Assembly: GCA_937935255.1 (NCBI GenBank)
Contig: CALGXT010000136.1
Location: 1 to 55,630 of the forward strand
Length of the DNA stretch: 55,630 bases
Direction of reading: 5' to 3'
DNA from: an uncultured bacterium
Lineage (GTDB): Bacteria > Verrucomicrobiota > Kiritimatiellia > PWTM01
Shown in pieces: positions 18,217 through 28,822 of this stretch. The notes below the pieces were generated by a model that saw only the letters and a list, made by a program, of their open reading frames with translations, did no database searches and was not told the DNA's origin. The position numbers and the translations under genes are program-made. Each line of letters opens with the position of its first letter. The stretch's first letter is position 1.

Positions 18217-19431
18217 AGCGCAAGGCCCTCGCCGGATCGAGTCGCGCCGCCCGCAGCGCCGGGATCAGCCCCGCCAATGTGCAGATGATCATCACCGCCG
18301 CCGCCACCCGCCATAGATCGGCGGAGGAGGTTTGCGCGGGAATCTCGCTCAGGTGATAGAGCGAGGGCGGCAGCAGGTCCAAGCCCGTGTACCGCGAAAG
18401 CCCGCGCATCAGATCGTTCCGGTAGCGCAGCGCAAGCAGACCCGCGCCGATGCCCGCGCCGGTGCCTATCAGCCCGGCGAGCCACCCTTGCCACATGAAG
18501 ACCAGCATCACCGAGCGCGACGAGAATCCGACGGCCTTCAAGAGGCCGATTTCACGAGTTTTCTGCACCGTGATCGTGATCAGCGTGCTGGCGATGCCGA
18601 ACGCCGCGACGATGGTGATGAAGATCAGCAGGAAGAACATCATGTTTTTCTCAACATGCAAGGCGGTGAAAAGCTGGCGATTCTGATCCATCCAGGTCCG
18701 CACATCCGCGGCGGGGCCGAGCCGCTCGCGGACGCGCGCGGCGACGGCGCCCGCCGCCAGCGGATCGCGCGTCATGACGGAGAGTCCGTGGACGCCGCGA
18801 TCCAGCCCGAAGAGTTCCCGCGCCTTCGGCAGGGCGCACAGCGCATAGCCGGCGTCGAAGTCGAACATGCCGAGGTCGAAAATGCCGGCGACCGTCAGCT
18901 CCTCCGGCAGCCGAATCTCCTGCGCGCGCAAGAAGCTTTGCGGCGAATACGCGAGGATGCGGTCGCCGACGCGCGCGCGCAGGCGGCGCGCAAGATCGCG
19001 GCCCAACAGCACTTCGTCGTCCTCGATGTCGAACCGGCCCTCGACCAGATGCTCCGGCACACGGCTGATCCGCGCCTCGAGCTCCGGGTCCATGCCGCGG
19101 AGCACGGGGGTGAAGACGACGTCGTCGTGCGTGAAAAAGACCAGCCCATGGATAAAGGGCGCGGCCCCGGTGACGCCCTCCACCGCTTCAATGTCCCGCC
19201 GCCAGGCCTCCGGCTCCTCCACCGCGCCGTCGCCCATGACGGTCAGGTGCGCGTTGAACGCGAGGATTTTCTCGCGCCACATCTGCCCGAAGCCGCTCAT
19301 CACCGAGAGCACCACCACCAGCACCGCCACGCCCAGCAGCACGCCGAGCACGGAGAGAATGGTGACGACCGAAAGAAACGAGCGTTTGGGCCGCAGGTAC
19401 TTCAGCGCCAGAAATACCGAAAACGGAAGGC

Positions 19432-19435
<4 letters not shown>
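18209..19435 (-). CDS. LolC/LolE-family lipoprotein-releasing system permease (FtsX-like)
   Basis: MSLPFSVFLALKYLRPKRSFLSVVTILSVLGV N-terminus, a large periplasmic loop, C-terminal FtsX-type helices and LRAARLDPARALRYE. Confidence 0.88.
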
Positions 19436-20895
<1,460 letters not shown>

Positions 20896-21021
20896 GGCGA
20901 TGCGACTCCAATGACCCGGCGACACTAGATGCGCCGCCCGAAAGCGTCAAGCCGCGGAAGGGGAGAATCCTCCCCGAGTTTTCACGCGGAGGAAGAAAGG
21001 TTTCCACCCGCCGCCGGCCGG

Positions 21022-21049
21022 TGTATCACACTTCGCGAAGTGTGATACA
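21022..21049. repeat. Palindromic repeat family 2A copy
   Basis: TGTATCACACTTCGCGAAGTGTGATACA, a perfect 28-bp palindrome between the cupin gene end and the lysS start. Confidence 0.9.
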
Positions 21050-21102
21050 GTCCAAAAAGCGGATCAAAGGTTTCAGGGAGCGGAACGCCGCGCAGGGGCG
21101 CG

Positions 21103-21426
21103 TCAACCGCGAATCATGATCAGCAGCATCTTGAACCGCCGATGGGCGCGCACGGAATGCGGCACGCGCGCGGGCATGATGACCAATTCGCCCGCGCGCG
21201 CGACAATCGGCCGCCCGTCAATGGTCAGTTCGCCCTCGCCATCCAGAATCTGGACGGTGGCGTCGTAGGGGGCGGTATGCTCGCTCAGGCCTTGTCCGGC
21301 GTCGAAGGCGAAAAGCGTGAGCGTTCCGGCTTTTTTGTCGAGCAGCGTCTTGCTGACGACGGCGCCGGGCGAATACTCGATGGCGTCGGCCAGCGAAATC
21401 GTCTGGGCATACAGCGTCTCGGTCAT
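21103..21426 (-). CDS. Cupin-domain protein
   Basis: 107 aa. LSEHTAPYDATVQILDGEGELTIDG...GELVIMPARVPHSV matches the two cupin motifs. GGGAGA lies 6 nt upstream of the ATG at 21426. Confidence 0.8.
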   Translation of the reverse strand: MTETLYAQTISLADAIEYSPGAVVSKTLLDKKAGTLTLFAFDAGQGLSEHTAPYDATVQILDGEGELTIDGRPIVARAGELVIMPARVPHSVRAHRRFKMLLIMIRG

Positions 21427-21525
21427 GGCAATCTCCCGTCGAAGCGGCGCCAGGTTTCCCTGCGCCGCGGTTTTTCTTTTCGCGCCCACCTTACGGTGTC
21501 CGCACACCGCAGGGCTTGACGAGAA

Positions 21526-22563
21526 TCAAGATTCGCCGCAGAGGGCGCGACGCAGCTTCGCAAGCGCCGCGGGCGAGGTCATCAGGATCAGCGTCTCGCC
21601 GGCGGCGTAGGCGCGGTCGGCCGGCGGGTTGAAGACCCAATCCGAACCCTGACGAAGCGCGACCAGCAGCGCGCCGTTTTCGGCCGGCGCCGTCAGCCGG
21701 CCCAAAGGAACTCCGACGTGCTGCGCGTCCGGCGTCAATTCCTCGATGCGAAGCGCGGGTTCCGCCCCCCGCAGCATCGTGTCGAGAAAGCTCACCACGG
21801 CCGGACGCACCATCTCGGAAGCCATGCGCAAAGCGCCGATTGCGCCGGCGGAGACGACCGCGTCCGCGCCGGCCTTGCGCAGCTTGGCGGCGTTGCGCGG
21901 ATCGGCGGCCGCGGCGACGATGCGCGCGCCGGGATTGAGCTGGCGCACGGTCAGACACGCGACGATGTTGAGCGGATCCTCTTCCGCGGCGGCGAAAAAG
22001 CCGGCGGCGCGTTCGATGCCGGCGGCGCGCAGTATGTCCTCATCGGTCGGGTCGCCCTCCACGCGGATATCGTCTTCCGGGGCGAGCGCGCGGATAGTCG
22101 CCTCCTCGCGCGGCGGCGCGACGACGATGAAGCGGCGGGCGGTGGCGCGCAGCTCCCCGGCGATCTGGGCGGCGATGGCGCCGCCGCCGCCGATGACGTA
22201 ATGACCGGACCAATCGCGGATTCGCTGTTCCATACGGCGTTTCCTCCAATAGGCGCGCAAGCCCTCGTCGGTGGCGAAGAACGTGATGCTGGAAATCGCG
22301 TAGGCGAACAGGCTCACGCCAAGAAAAGCGACCGAAATCGTGAAGAGCCGGACGCCCGGCGCCTCGCTGCCGGCGGCGACCTCGCCGAAGCCGATGGTCG
22401 TGACCGTGATGACGGTCATGTAGAGGCTGTCGAGCCACGAAGCGGCGCCGCCGCTCAAAGCGCGATAGCCCAGCGTGCCGTAGAGCAACACGCCGGCCAA
22501 AATGGACGCGATGGCGAGCGCGCGGCGGCGAATTTGACGGCGCATCTCGGCGGCGGGGGTCAT
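21526..22563 (-). CDS. Potassium-channel-type protein with TrkA-N (RCK) domain
   Basis: Pore region MTVITVTTIGFGEV (variant GFGE filter) flanked by TM helices, then HYVIGGGGAIAAQIAGEL Rossmann-type RCK. Confidence 0.8.
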   Translation of the reverse strand: MTPAAEMRRQIRRRALAIASILAGVLLYGTLGYRALSGGAASWLDSLYMTVITVTTIGFGEVAAGSEAPGVRLFTISVAFLGVSLFAYAISSITFFATDEGLRAYWRKRRMEQRIRDWSGHYVIGGGGAIAAQIAGELRATARRFIVVAPPREEATIRALAPEDDIRVEGDPTDEDILRAAGIERAAGFFAAAEEDPLNIVACLTVRQLNPGARIVAAAADPRNAAKLRKAGADAVVSAGAIGALRMASEMVRPAVVSFLDTMLRGAEPALRIEELTPDAQHVGVPLGRLTAPAENGALLVALRQGSDWVFNPPADRAYAAGETLILMTSPAALAKLRRALCGES

Positions 22564-22579
22564 GTCGCGTCCTCCCCGT

Positions 22580-23536
22580 TCACAGCCATTTCCAGCGGCG
22601 CATCAGGCCCAACAGAATCACGACCGTCGCCAGACACACCAGCCAAAAAACCAGATAAATCCATTTCCATTCCGCCTCCGGAATGAACATGTTCATGCCG
22701 TACACGCCGCACAAGAAGGTCAGCGGCATGAAAATGGTGCCGACGATCGTCAGACGCTTGACGATGCGGTTGGTGTGGTGGCTGACGGCGCTCAGATAGA
22801 GATTCACGGCGTCGTTCAACGTGTCGCGATGCACGGTCAGGTCTTCGCCGATGCGCTGGACGGCGTCGGCCGTCGCGCGCAGGTGCGGCTGGGTGGATTC
22901 GGGAACGACGGGCGATTTGCGGGTGGCCAGCTCGTGGAGCGTTTCGGCGCCGTCGAGCGCAATCTTTCGGAATTGGAGGAGGCGCCGCGTCAGCGCGGCC
23001 ACGCGGCTGAAGACCTGGTCGTCGCTCGCCGCGAGCAGGTTTTCGTGCAGCCGCTCGACCTCCACGGCAAAACGCCGGCGGCTCCGGCGGTGAATCTCCA
23101 ACAGACTGTCGCCGAGCTCGTACAGCAAGAAACCGTGGCTCCGGCTGAAACGGACAAAGTCTTCGCGATAGGTTTCCGCCATGCGCCGGAGAAATTCGAC
23201 GGGGCCGCGATGCGCCGTCACCAATGCGCGTTCGTTCAGCCATACTCGGACGGCGGCGGTTCGCAACGTTCCATTTTCGTACGACGCTTCCGAGAGGCCG
23301 AAGCACAAGGCGCCCGGCAACACTTCGTAGGCGGTCTCCTCCTCCGGAGCCGCCGCTTTCGCCGCCGCCGCTCCATCGAAACCCAGTCCGATGAGGATCG
23401 CGCGAAGGTCGTCGCCGTCGTCCAAATCCAGATCCAGCCAACAGAACCGGCCGCGCGCAATCCAGGCCGCCGCTTCCGCGGGCGGAATCGCGGTTTCTTC
23501 ACGGGACTGAAAATCGAATGCGACGGCAAAACTCAT
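22580..23536 (-). CDS. corA: Magnesium/cobalt transporter CorA
   Basis: C-terminal FMPLTFLCGVYGMNMF (YGMN motif) plus a final TM helix. ORF 22580..23710 trimmed to the ATG at 23536, because the upstream part is translated REP sequence. Confidence 0.88.
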   Translation of the reverse strand: MSFAVAFDFQSREETAIPPAEAAAWIARGRFCWLDLDLDDGDDLRAILIGLGFDGAAAAKAAAPEEETAYEVLPGALCFGLSEASYENGTLRTAAVRVWLNERALVTAHRGPVEFLRRMAETYREDFVRFSRSHGFLLYELGDSLLEIHRRSRRRFAVEVERLHENLLAASDDQVFSRVAALTRRLLQFRKIALDGAETLHELATRKSPVVPESTQPHLRATADAVQRIGEDLTVHRDTLNDAVNLYLSAVSHHTNRIVKRLTIVGTIFMPLTFLCGVYGMNMFIPEAEWKWIYLVFWLVCLATVVILLGLMRRWKWL

Positions 23537-23588
23537 CGGTATTCCCACCGAACGCCAATCTACGCCGCCGGCGCGCGCTTGACCAGCC

Positions 23589-23748
23589 GGGAAGGACATA
23601 GGGTCGCATCTATAAATATGAGCCGGGAAGGACATAGGGTCGCATCTATAAATATGAATTATGGCGGAGCGGCGCCTTTTTATAAAAGCGGGAAGGACAT
23701 GGGGTCGCATCTATAAATATGAATTATGGCGGAGCGGCGCCTTTTTAT
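23589..23748 (+). repeat. Array of three direct REP family 1 copies (GGGAAGGACAT[A/G]GGGTCGCATCTATAAATATGA...)
   Basis: Copies start at 23589, 23625 and 23690. Copies 2 and 3 share a 65-bp unit that includes GAATTATGGCGGAGCGGCGCCTTTTTAT. Confidence 0.9.
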
Positions 23749-23942
23749 CGTTCGGCCGGCAGGACGTCAGCTTTCTTGGCGACGACCTGAAGCTTGAGGC
23801 GGTTCCCTGTCTGCTCGAAGAGCCGGATCACCAGCGCGACGGTGTTCTACCGCAAACCAACAGCCTTGACGCACAATTCGGCGAGGTTCAGCCCGCAAAC
23901 CCTGCGTGCAGGGTCCAGCGCCAAGTCCCGGCACGCGAGAAT
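23745..23942 (-). pseudogene. Decayed 3' remnant of a RAYT (Y1 transposase) paralog
   Basis: The minus strand reads ILACRDLALDPARRVCGLNLAELCVKAVGLR*NTVALVIRLFEQTGNRLKLQVV... This aligns with CGRDLALYVARRRCGLTLAELGAKVGGLRYNAVAQAIRLFGQKLSR of the intact protein at 75..1115. There is an in-frame TAG where the intact copy has Tyr, and the N-terminal ~290 codons are absent. Confidence 0.8.
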
Positions 23943-23966
23943 ATTCATATTTATAGATGCGACCCC
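23941..23966 (-). repeat. REP family 1 copy, inverted relative to the 23589-23748 array
   Basis: ATATTCATATTTATAGATGCGACCCC, identical to 1140-1165. It directly abuts the RAYT remnant and lies 10 nt after the stop of the next gene. Confidence 0.9.
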
Positions 23967-23975
23967 GCAGCGCGC

Positions 23976-25472
23976 CTATCGCGTCGCCAACATCGCGTTG
24001 ATGGCGGCGGCGGCGCGGCGGCCTTCGCCCATGGCGAGGATGACCGTCGCGGCGCCGAGCACGATGTCGCCGCCGGCATAGACGCGCTCGAGCGACGTCT
24101 GGCCCGTCGCTTCGTCCGCCAAGATCGTGCCCCAGCGCGAGGTTTGCAGACCCTCGGTCGTCTGCCGGATGAGCGGATTCGGTTCGTTGCCGATGGCGAC
24201 AATGACCGTGTCCACGTCCATGACAAATTCGCTGCCCTTCACCTCGACCGGTCGGCGGCGGCCCGATTCGTCGGGCTCGCCCAGTTCGTAGCGGACGCAC
24301 TCGATCGCCTTCACCCGCCCGTACTCGTCGCCCAAAATCCGCTTCGCGTTTTGGAGGAGATGAAATTCGACGCCCTCCTCTTTGGCGTGCGCCACTTCCT
24401 CGACCCGCGCCGGCATTTCCACCTCGGTGCGGCGATAGACGAGATGCACCTCCTCCGCGCCGATCCGCAGCGCCATGCGCGCGGCGTCCATCGCCACATT
24501 CCCGCCGCCGAGCACCGCGACTTTGCGCGAGGGATAGATCGGCGTGTGGGCGCGCGCCTTGTCGTAGGCCCGCATCAAATTCGCGCGCGTCAGATATTCG
24601 TTGGCTGAAAAGACGCCGACGAGATTCTCGCCGGGGATGTTCATGAACTTTGGCAGCCCCGCGCCCGCGCCGATGAAGACGGCATCGTAGCCGTCCTCGT
24701 CGAGCAACTGCCGCAGCGTGCGCGTGCGCCCGACCACAAAATTCGTCCGGATTTCCACGCCCATCGCACGCAACGTCGCGATCTCGAGTTCGACAATTCT
24801 TTTCGGCAGACGAAACTCCGGGATGCCATAGAGCAGCACGCCCCCCGGCTTGTGGAAGGCCTCGAACATCGTCACCGCATGGCCCTCGCGCCGCACATCC
24901 GCCGCCACCGTGATGCTCGCCGGCCCGCTGCCGATCACCGCCACTTTCTTGCCGGTTTCGGGCTTCACCGCCGGCGGCGCCGCGCAGCCCTGCTCCCGCT
25001 CCCAGTCGGCCGCGTAGCGCTCCAGCCGCCCGATCGCCACGGCGGCGTTCACGTCCTTGAGCGCCTTGCCGACCGTGCACTTTTCCTGGCACTGTGTCTC
25101 TTGCGGGCACACACGCCCGCAAATCGCCGGCAGGATGGTGTTGCGTTTGAGAATCGCGATCGCTTCTTCCAACCGATTCTCGGCGATCGCGCGCACAAAG
25201 CCGGGGATATCAATGCGGACGGGACAGCCTTCGATGCACGGCGCATTTTTGCATTGCCAGCAGCGCAGCGCCTCCAGTCGCGCCTGCGCCGGACCGAAGC
25301 CGAGCGCCACCTCCTCGATGTTGCCGCGCCGGACTGCCGCCGGCTGCGAAGGCATCGGCTGCGGCGGGATTTTCAGGCGGTCTTTCGCTTTCAGCGGTTC
25401 CGCGCGCGCCAAAAGGGCATCCAACTGCGCGCGCGCCTCGGCCTCCAGCGTTTCGGGGGTCGCATGCGTCAT
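23976..25472 (-). CDS. nfnB: GltD-like NAD(P)H oxidoreductase, NfnB-type (SudA-like) subunit
   Basis: Two Cys clusters (CWQCKNAPCIEGCPV; ICGRVCPQETQCQEKC). Dinucleotide motifs KVAVIGSGPAS and KVAVLGGGNVAMDAA. Overlaps the upstream PyrK-like gene. Confidence 0.8.
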   Translation of the reverse strand: MTHATPETLEAEARAQLDALLARAEPLKAKDRLKIPPQPMPSQPAAVRRGNIEEVALGFGPAQARLEALRCWQCKNAPCIEGCPVRIDIPGFVRAIAENRLEEAIAILKRNTILPAICGRVCPQETQCQEKCTVGKALKDVNAAVAIGRLERYAADWEREQGCAAPPAVKPETGKKVAVIGSGPASITVAADVRREGHAVTMFEAFHKPGGVLLYGIPEFRLPKRIVELEIATLRAMGVEIRTNFVVGRTRTLRQLLDEDGYDAVFIGAGAGLPKFMNIPGENLVGVFSANEYLTRANLMRAYDKARAHTPIYPSRKVAVLGGGNVAMDAARMALRIGAEEVHLVYRRTEVEMPARVEEVAHAKEEGVEFHLLQNAKRILGDEYGRVKAIECVRYELGEPDESGRRRPVEVKGSEFVMDVDTVIVAIGNEPNPLIRQTTEGLQTSRWGTILADEATGQTSLERVYAGGDIVLGAATVILAMGEGRRAAAAINAMLATR

Positions 25473-26329
25473 GGCCGTCGGCCTTCCAACCGGGCGATGC
25501 CCAGTTCCAAATGACAGCGCTCGTGCAGCTCGTCCTCACGCGGTTTGTAAGTGCGCAAGCGCTGCATCAGATTGTCGAAATCCACTTGGTGCCCGTCGAA
25601 TTCGGGGCCGTCCACACAGACGAAACGGGTCTGCCCGCCCACGGTCACGCGGCAGCCGCCGCACATGCCCGTGCCGTCCACCATGATCGTGTTGAGCGAC
25701 ACCACCGTCGGCACGCCGTAGGGGCGCGTGGTTTCCGCGCAGAACTTCATCATGATCGGCGGACCGATCGCGACGGCAAGGTCGGGCTTCGGCGAGCGCT
25801 CGCACAGCTCCTTGAGCGGCGCGGTGACCAGCGCCTTGCGCCCGCGCGACCCGTCGTCGGTGCAGACGATCAGTTCGTCGGCGATCGCGCGCATTTCGTC
25901 CTCCAGAATGACGAGTTTCGCGTTGCGCGCGCCGATGACGATGACGACCCGGTTGCCGGCGAGCTTCATGCCCTGCGCGATCGGGTGCAGCGGCGCGACG
26001 CCGATGCCGCCGCCGACGCAAACGACCGTGCCGACCTTTTCGATATGGGTCGGGCGTCCGAGCGGCCCGAGCACGTTCTCGATGGCGCCGCCTTCGGGCA
26101 GCGCGGCGAGGCGGTGGGTGGTATGGCCGACCACCTGGAAAATCAGGGTGATCGTGCCGGCGGCGGGGTCGGCGTCGGCGATGGTGAGCGGGATGCGCTC
26201 GCCGAACTCGCTGTCGGCCTGCACGATGACGAACTGCCCCGGGCGGCGCGCGGCGGCGATCAACGGCGCCTCGACGCGCAACAGGAACACCTCATCGGAA
26301 AGCTGTCTTTTTTGGACGATTCGATGCAT
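25469..26329 (-). CDS. nfnA: PyrK-like FAD/NAD-binding ferredoxin reductase subunit, NfnA-type (SudB-like)
   Basis: MHRIVQKRQLSDEVFLLRVEAP, RPGQFVIVQ, GGGIGVAPL, C-terminal 2Fe-2S motif GTGMCGGCRV...FVCVDGPEF. Trimmed to the ATG at 26329. Confidence 0.8.
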   Translation of the reverse strand: MHRIVQKRQLSDEVFLLRVEAPLIAAARRPGQFVIVQADSEFGERIPLTIADADPAAGTITLIFQVVGHTTHRLAALPEGGAIENVLGPLGRPTHIEKVGTVVCVGGGIGVAPLHPIAQGMKLAGNRVVIVIGARNAKLVILEDEMRAIADELIVCTDDGSRGRKALVTAPLKELCERSPKPDLAVAIGPPIMMKFCAETTRPYGVPTVVSLNTIMVDGTGMCGGCRVTVGGQTRFVCVDGPEFDGHQVDFDNLMQRLRTYKPREDELHERCHLELGIARLEGRRP

Positions 26330-26566
26330 GCCCCTCGATCCTTGTTTCGGGCGCGACCCCGAAAGCGACGCATCATAAAGCGCTCTTTTGCCATAGCAAG
26401 CGTTTTGGCGCCGGGCGTCGCTCTCGCGGCGCCCATGCCCTATCCCCTGAACCGGATGGGATGCCGGCGGTTTTTCGCGCGCTCTGCATCCTTGGGAGAG
26501 AAAAACCGCGAAATTCGCCAACCTTCACGGCAAGGGTTCTTCGATTCACCGCCCCGACGAAAAGCG

Positions 26567-27868
26567 TCAAAGTTCCAACCGCCGTTGCGGACGGCGGCCG
26601 AAAATGCGGATGGCCGGCCCGTCGCCGGGGCAGACGGTCTGGCACAAGCCGCAGCCGCGGCAGAGATGCTCATCCACCACGGGACACTGAACGCCGTTGT
26701 GTTCGACGCCGCGGATGGCCTTGTAGGGACAGTGCTCGTCGCAGACCATGCAGTAAGCCCCGTGCTTCCAGGCGATGCACGTCGTTCGATTCACCCGCGC
26801 CACGCCGATGGACACCCGTCGTTTTTCCTCCAGCGAAAGCGGGCGGATTGCCGCCGTCGGGCAAACCTGGTTGCACGCGTTGCAATGCTCGTCGCAATAA
26901 CCCGGCTCGAAATGGAGCGTCGGCGTCAACAGCCCGTCCCAACCCGTTTCCAGGCCCGCGGCGTGAATGATCTTTTGAGGGCAGACCCGCAGACAATTGC
27001 CGCACCGCGCGCACAAAGCCTTGAAAGTCTCCTCCGGCACCGCGCCGGGTGGGCGGATAACATCGGCTTCCGAGCGCGCTCCGGGCGGCGTCGCCCAGCG
27101 CATCGCCGCGCCGGCGGCCAAGCCGCCGCCCAGCGCCAGAAAGTTTCGGCGATCCATGGCCGGCCCTGCCGGCGTAGCGGACGGACACGGAGCGGTTGGC
27201 GGTTCCGCTTCCGCGGGGCGCGCCGCCGACCCCCGCCGCGCGCGACGCCCCAGCCGCCCCAAATCCTCCTGCAGCGCGCCCAGCGGACACAGCCGATGAC
27301 ACCACAGGCCCGGCCAAATCGCGCACGCCGCCAACACCAGCAGCAGTCCCGTCGCGAACGCCCAGCGCGGGCCGACGGCCGGAATACCCGCAGTGTTCAG
27401 CGCGCCGTTCAAAATTGAGAGCGGATCGAGCCAGATGAACAGCGGATATCCCAGCGCCGCCCCGCCCAGGGCCGCCCAAAAGAGCCATCGCCCCACGAGC
27501 GGAACTCGCCTCAAGGACGGCCCGCGGCAGCGACGGGGGCGCCCGGCCAGTTCCGTCAAAAAACCCGTCGGACATAAATGCCGGCAAAACCAGCGACCGC
27601 GCAGGATGGCGACCCCGAAAAGCGCCGCCGCCAATGGCCAGAACGGATGAATCGAATGTCCGCCCAGCAGGCCGCCCGCCGCGAGGAAGGGGCTCATCCC
27701 AGGGACGATCAGCGCCAGGCGATGCAGCGGCAACCGGTGAAGCCACGCCCAGCTTTCCGAAATTTCGTGCGGCGGCGGAAGCAACCGGATGAGCCCGGGC
27801 ACGAGCGGACTGCCCAGCAACACGGCCGCGATGAGCGCCCCAAGCCGCCGGCGATTTCGCGACGTCAT
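26567..27868 (-). CDS. Membrane polyferredoxin (NapH/YccM-like CxxxCP repeats fused to a 4Fe-4S ferredoxin domain with an internal Tat-like motif)
   Basis: FCRHLCPTGF and WCHRLCPLGAL in the TM region. Internal MDRRNFLALGGGLAAGAA. Several CxxCxxCxxxCP motifs (CARCGNCLRVCP, CNACNQVCP, CRGCGLCQTVCP). The ATG at 27868 avoids overlap with the upstream gene. Confidence 0.75.
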   Translation of the reverse strand: MTSRNRRRLGALIAAVLLGSPLVPGLIRLLPPPHEISESWAWLHRLPLHRLALIVPGMSPFLAAGGLLGGHSIHPFWPLAAALFGVAILRGRWFCRHLCPTGFLTELAGRPRRCRGPSLRRVPLVGRWLFWAALGGAALGYPLFIWLDPLSILNGALNTAGIPAVGPRWAFATGLLLVLAACAIWPGLWCHRLCPLGALQEDLGRLGRRARRGSAARPAEAEPPTAPCPSATPAGPAMDRRNFLALGGGLAAGAAMRWATPPGARSEADVIRPPGAVPEETFKALCARCGNCLRVCPQKIIHAAGLETGWDGLLTPTLHFEPGYCDEHCNACNQVCPTAAIRPLSLEEKRRVSIGVARVNRTTCIAWKHGAYCMVCDEHCPYKAIRGVEHNGVQCPVVDEHLCRGCGLCQTVCPGDGPAIRIFGRRPQRRLEL

Positions 27869-27879
27869 GGCGCGGCTCG

Positions 27880-28776
27880 TCAGACGTTGAGGTGCGTCAC
27901 GCGGACGCGCGACAAATCGCCGCACCCGATTTTCATCTCGTGCGCGATGCGAATGTGGGGAATATCGAAGGGCTTTTTGTCGAACAGTGTGGCCGCGTAG
28001 GCGTCCGCGGCGACGGGGTCGCGCGAGAGGATGATCTGATCCGGGTGTTTGAGGGGGCCGGGCCCGCGCGGGCCGCGCTCGGTCATAATGCGCGAAGCGT
28101 CAATCACCACCAAGGTCGGGCGCACCCGCGTGCTGAAATCGGCGATGCACTGCTGCAGATCGTTCCGATGCCAAAAGCCGCGGTCTTTCACCGACCCCAT
28201 CCAGTTCTTCATGGAAAGCGTGAGGCCGGCGCCGCCGTGATGCTTCGCGACGGGCATATTGATGAGACATCCGGTGTCGAGCACGTCTACGGCGATTTCC
28301 GCCTCGCGCAGGGATTTGGCGTCCGGCAATTGCACCCGCCGATAGAGCCGATCCTCGCGCAGCAGCACCATCTTCCCGCCGGCGTCCCGCACGGCGGGGC
28401 CGATCCCGCTCATCTGGAACGCCTGCTGGGGCGGCGAGCAGGGATTCTCGGGAACCACCGCCTCGGAAGCGCCGGCCGCCAGACACGCTCGCGCGCACGC
28501 GCCCACCAGTTCCGGGCTGGTATTGCTGCCGTCCTGGGGCGGATTCGCCCAGCCGGCGTTCGGTTTGATGGTCGCTTTTTGTCCGCGCGCCACAAAGGCG
28601 CCCCAGCCGCCCAGTTTTCGGACGCCGGCCTCCAGCATTTTCGGCAAATCCTGGCCGTGGACGACAATGACTTCGGCCTCCGCCGCCGCCTCCGCCCGTA
28701 GCGCGCGAGGCAGCACGGCGGCGGCAGCGCCCGCCAACGATGTCTTGATAAAGGTTCGCCGCGAGAAGGTATTCAT
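27880..28776 (-). CDS. Tat-signal DUF362-domain protein
   Basis: MNTFSRRTFIKTSLAGAAAAVLPRALRA twin-arginine leader. QKATIKPNAGW and INMPVAKHHGGAGLTLSMKNWMG are typical of DUF362. Confidence 0.75.
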   Translation of the reverse strand: MNTFSRRTFIKTSLAGAAAAVLPRALRAEAAAEAEVIVVHGQDLPKMLEAGVRKLGGWGAFVARGQKATIKPNAGWANPPQDGSNTSPELVGACARACLAAGASEAVVPENPCSPPQQAFQMSGIGPAVRDAGGKMVLLREDRLYRRVQLPDAKSLREAEIAVDVLDTGCLINMPVAKHHGGAGLTLSMKNWMGSVKDRGFWHRNDLQQCIADFSTRVRPTLVVIDASRIMTERGPRGPGPLKHPDQIILSRDPVAADAYAATLFDKKPFDIPHIRIAHEMKIGCGDLSRVRVTHLNV

Positions 28777-28822
28777 CGTTCGCTCTCCATATAAAATCAA
28801 CGTCCGCCGGGCCGTCAAATTG

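Noticed and set aside
23589-23748. Closely spaced direct repeats that could be mistaken for a small CRISPR array.
   Set aside because: There are only three copies with unequal periods (36 and 65 bp). The sequence between copies 2 and 3 is itself duplicated rather than being unique spacers. The same motif occurs singly and inverted elsewhere, and no cas genes are present. It fits a REP/BIME-like cluster instead.
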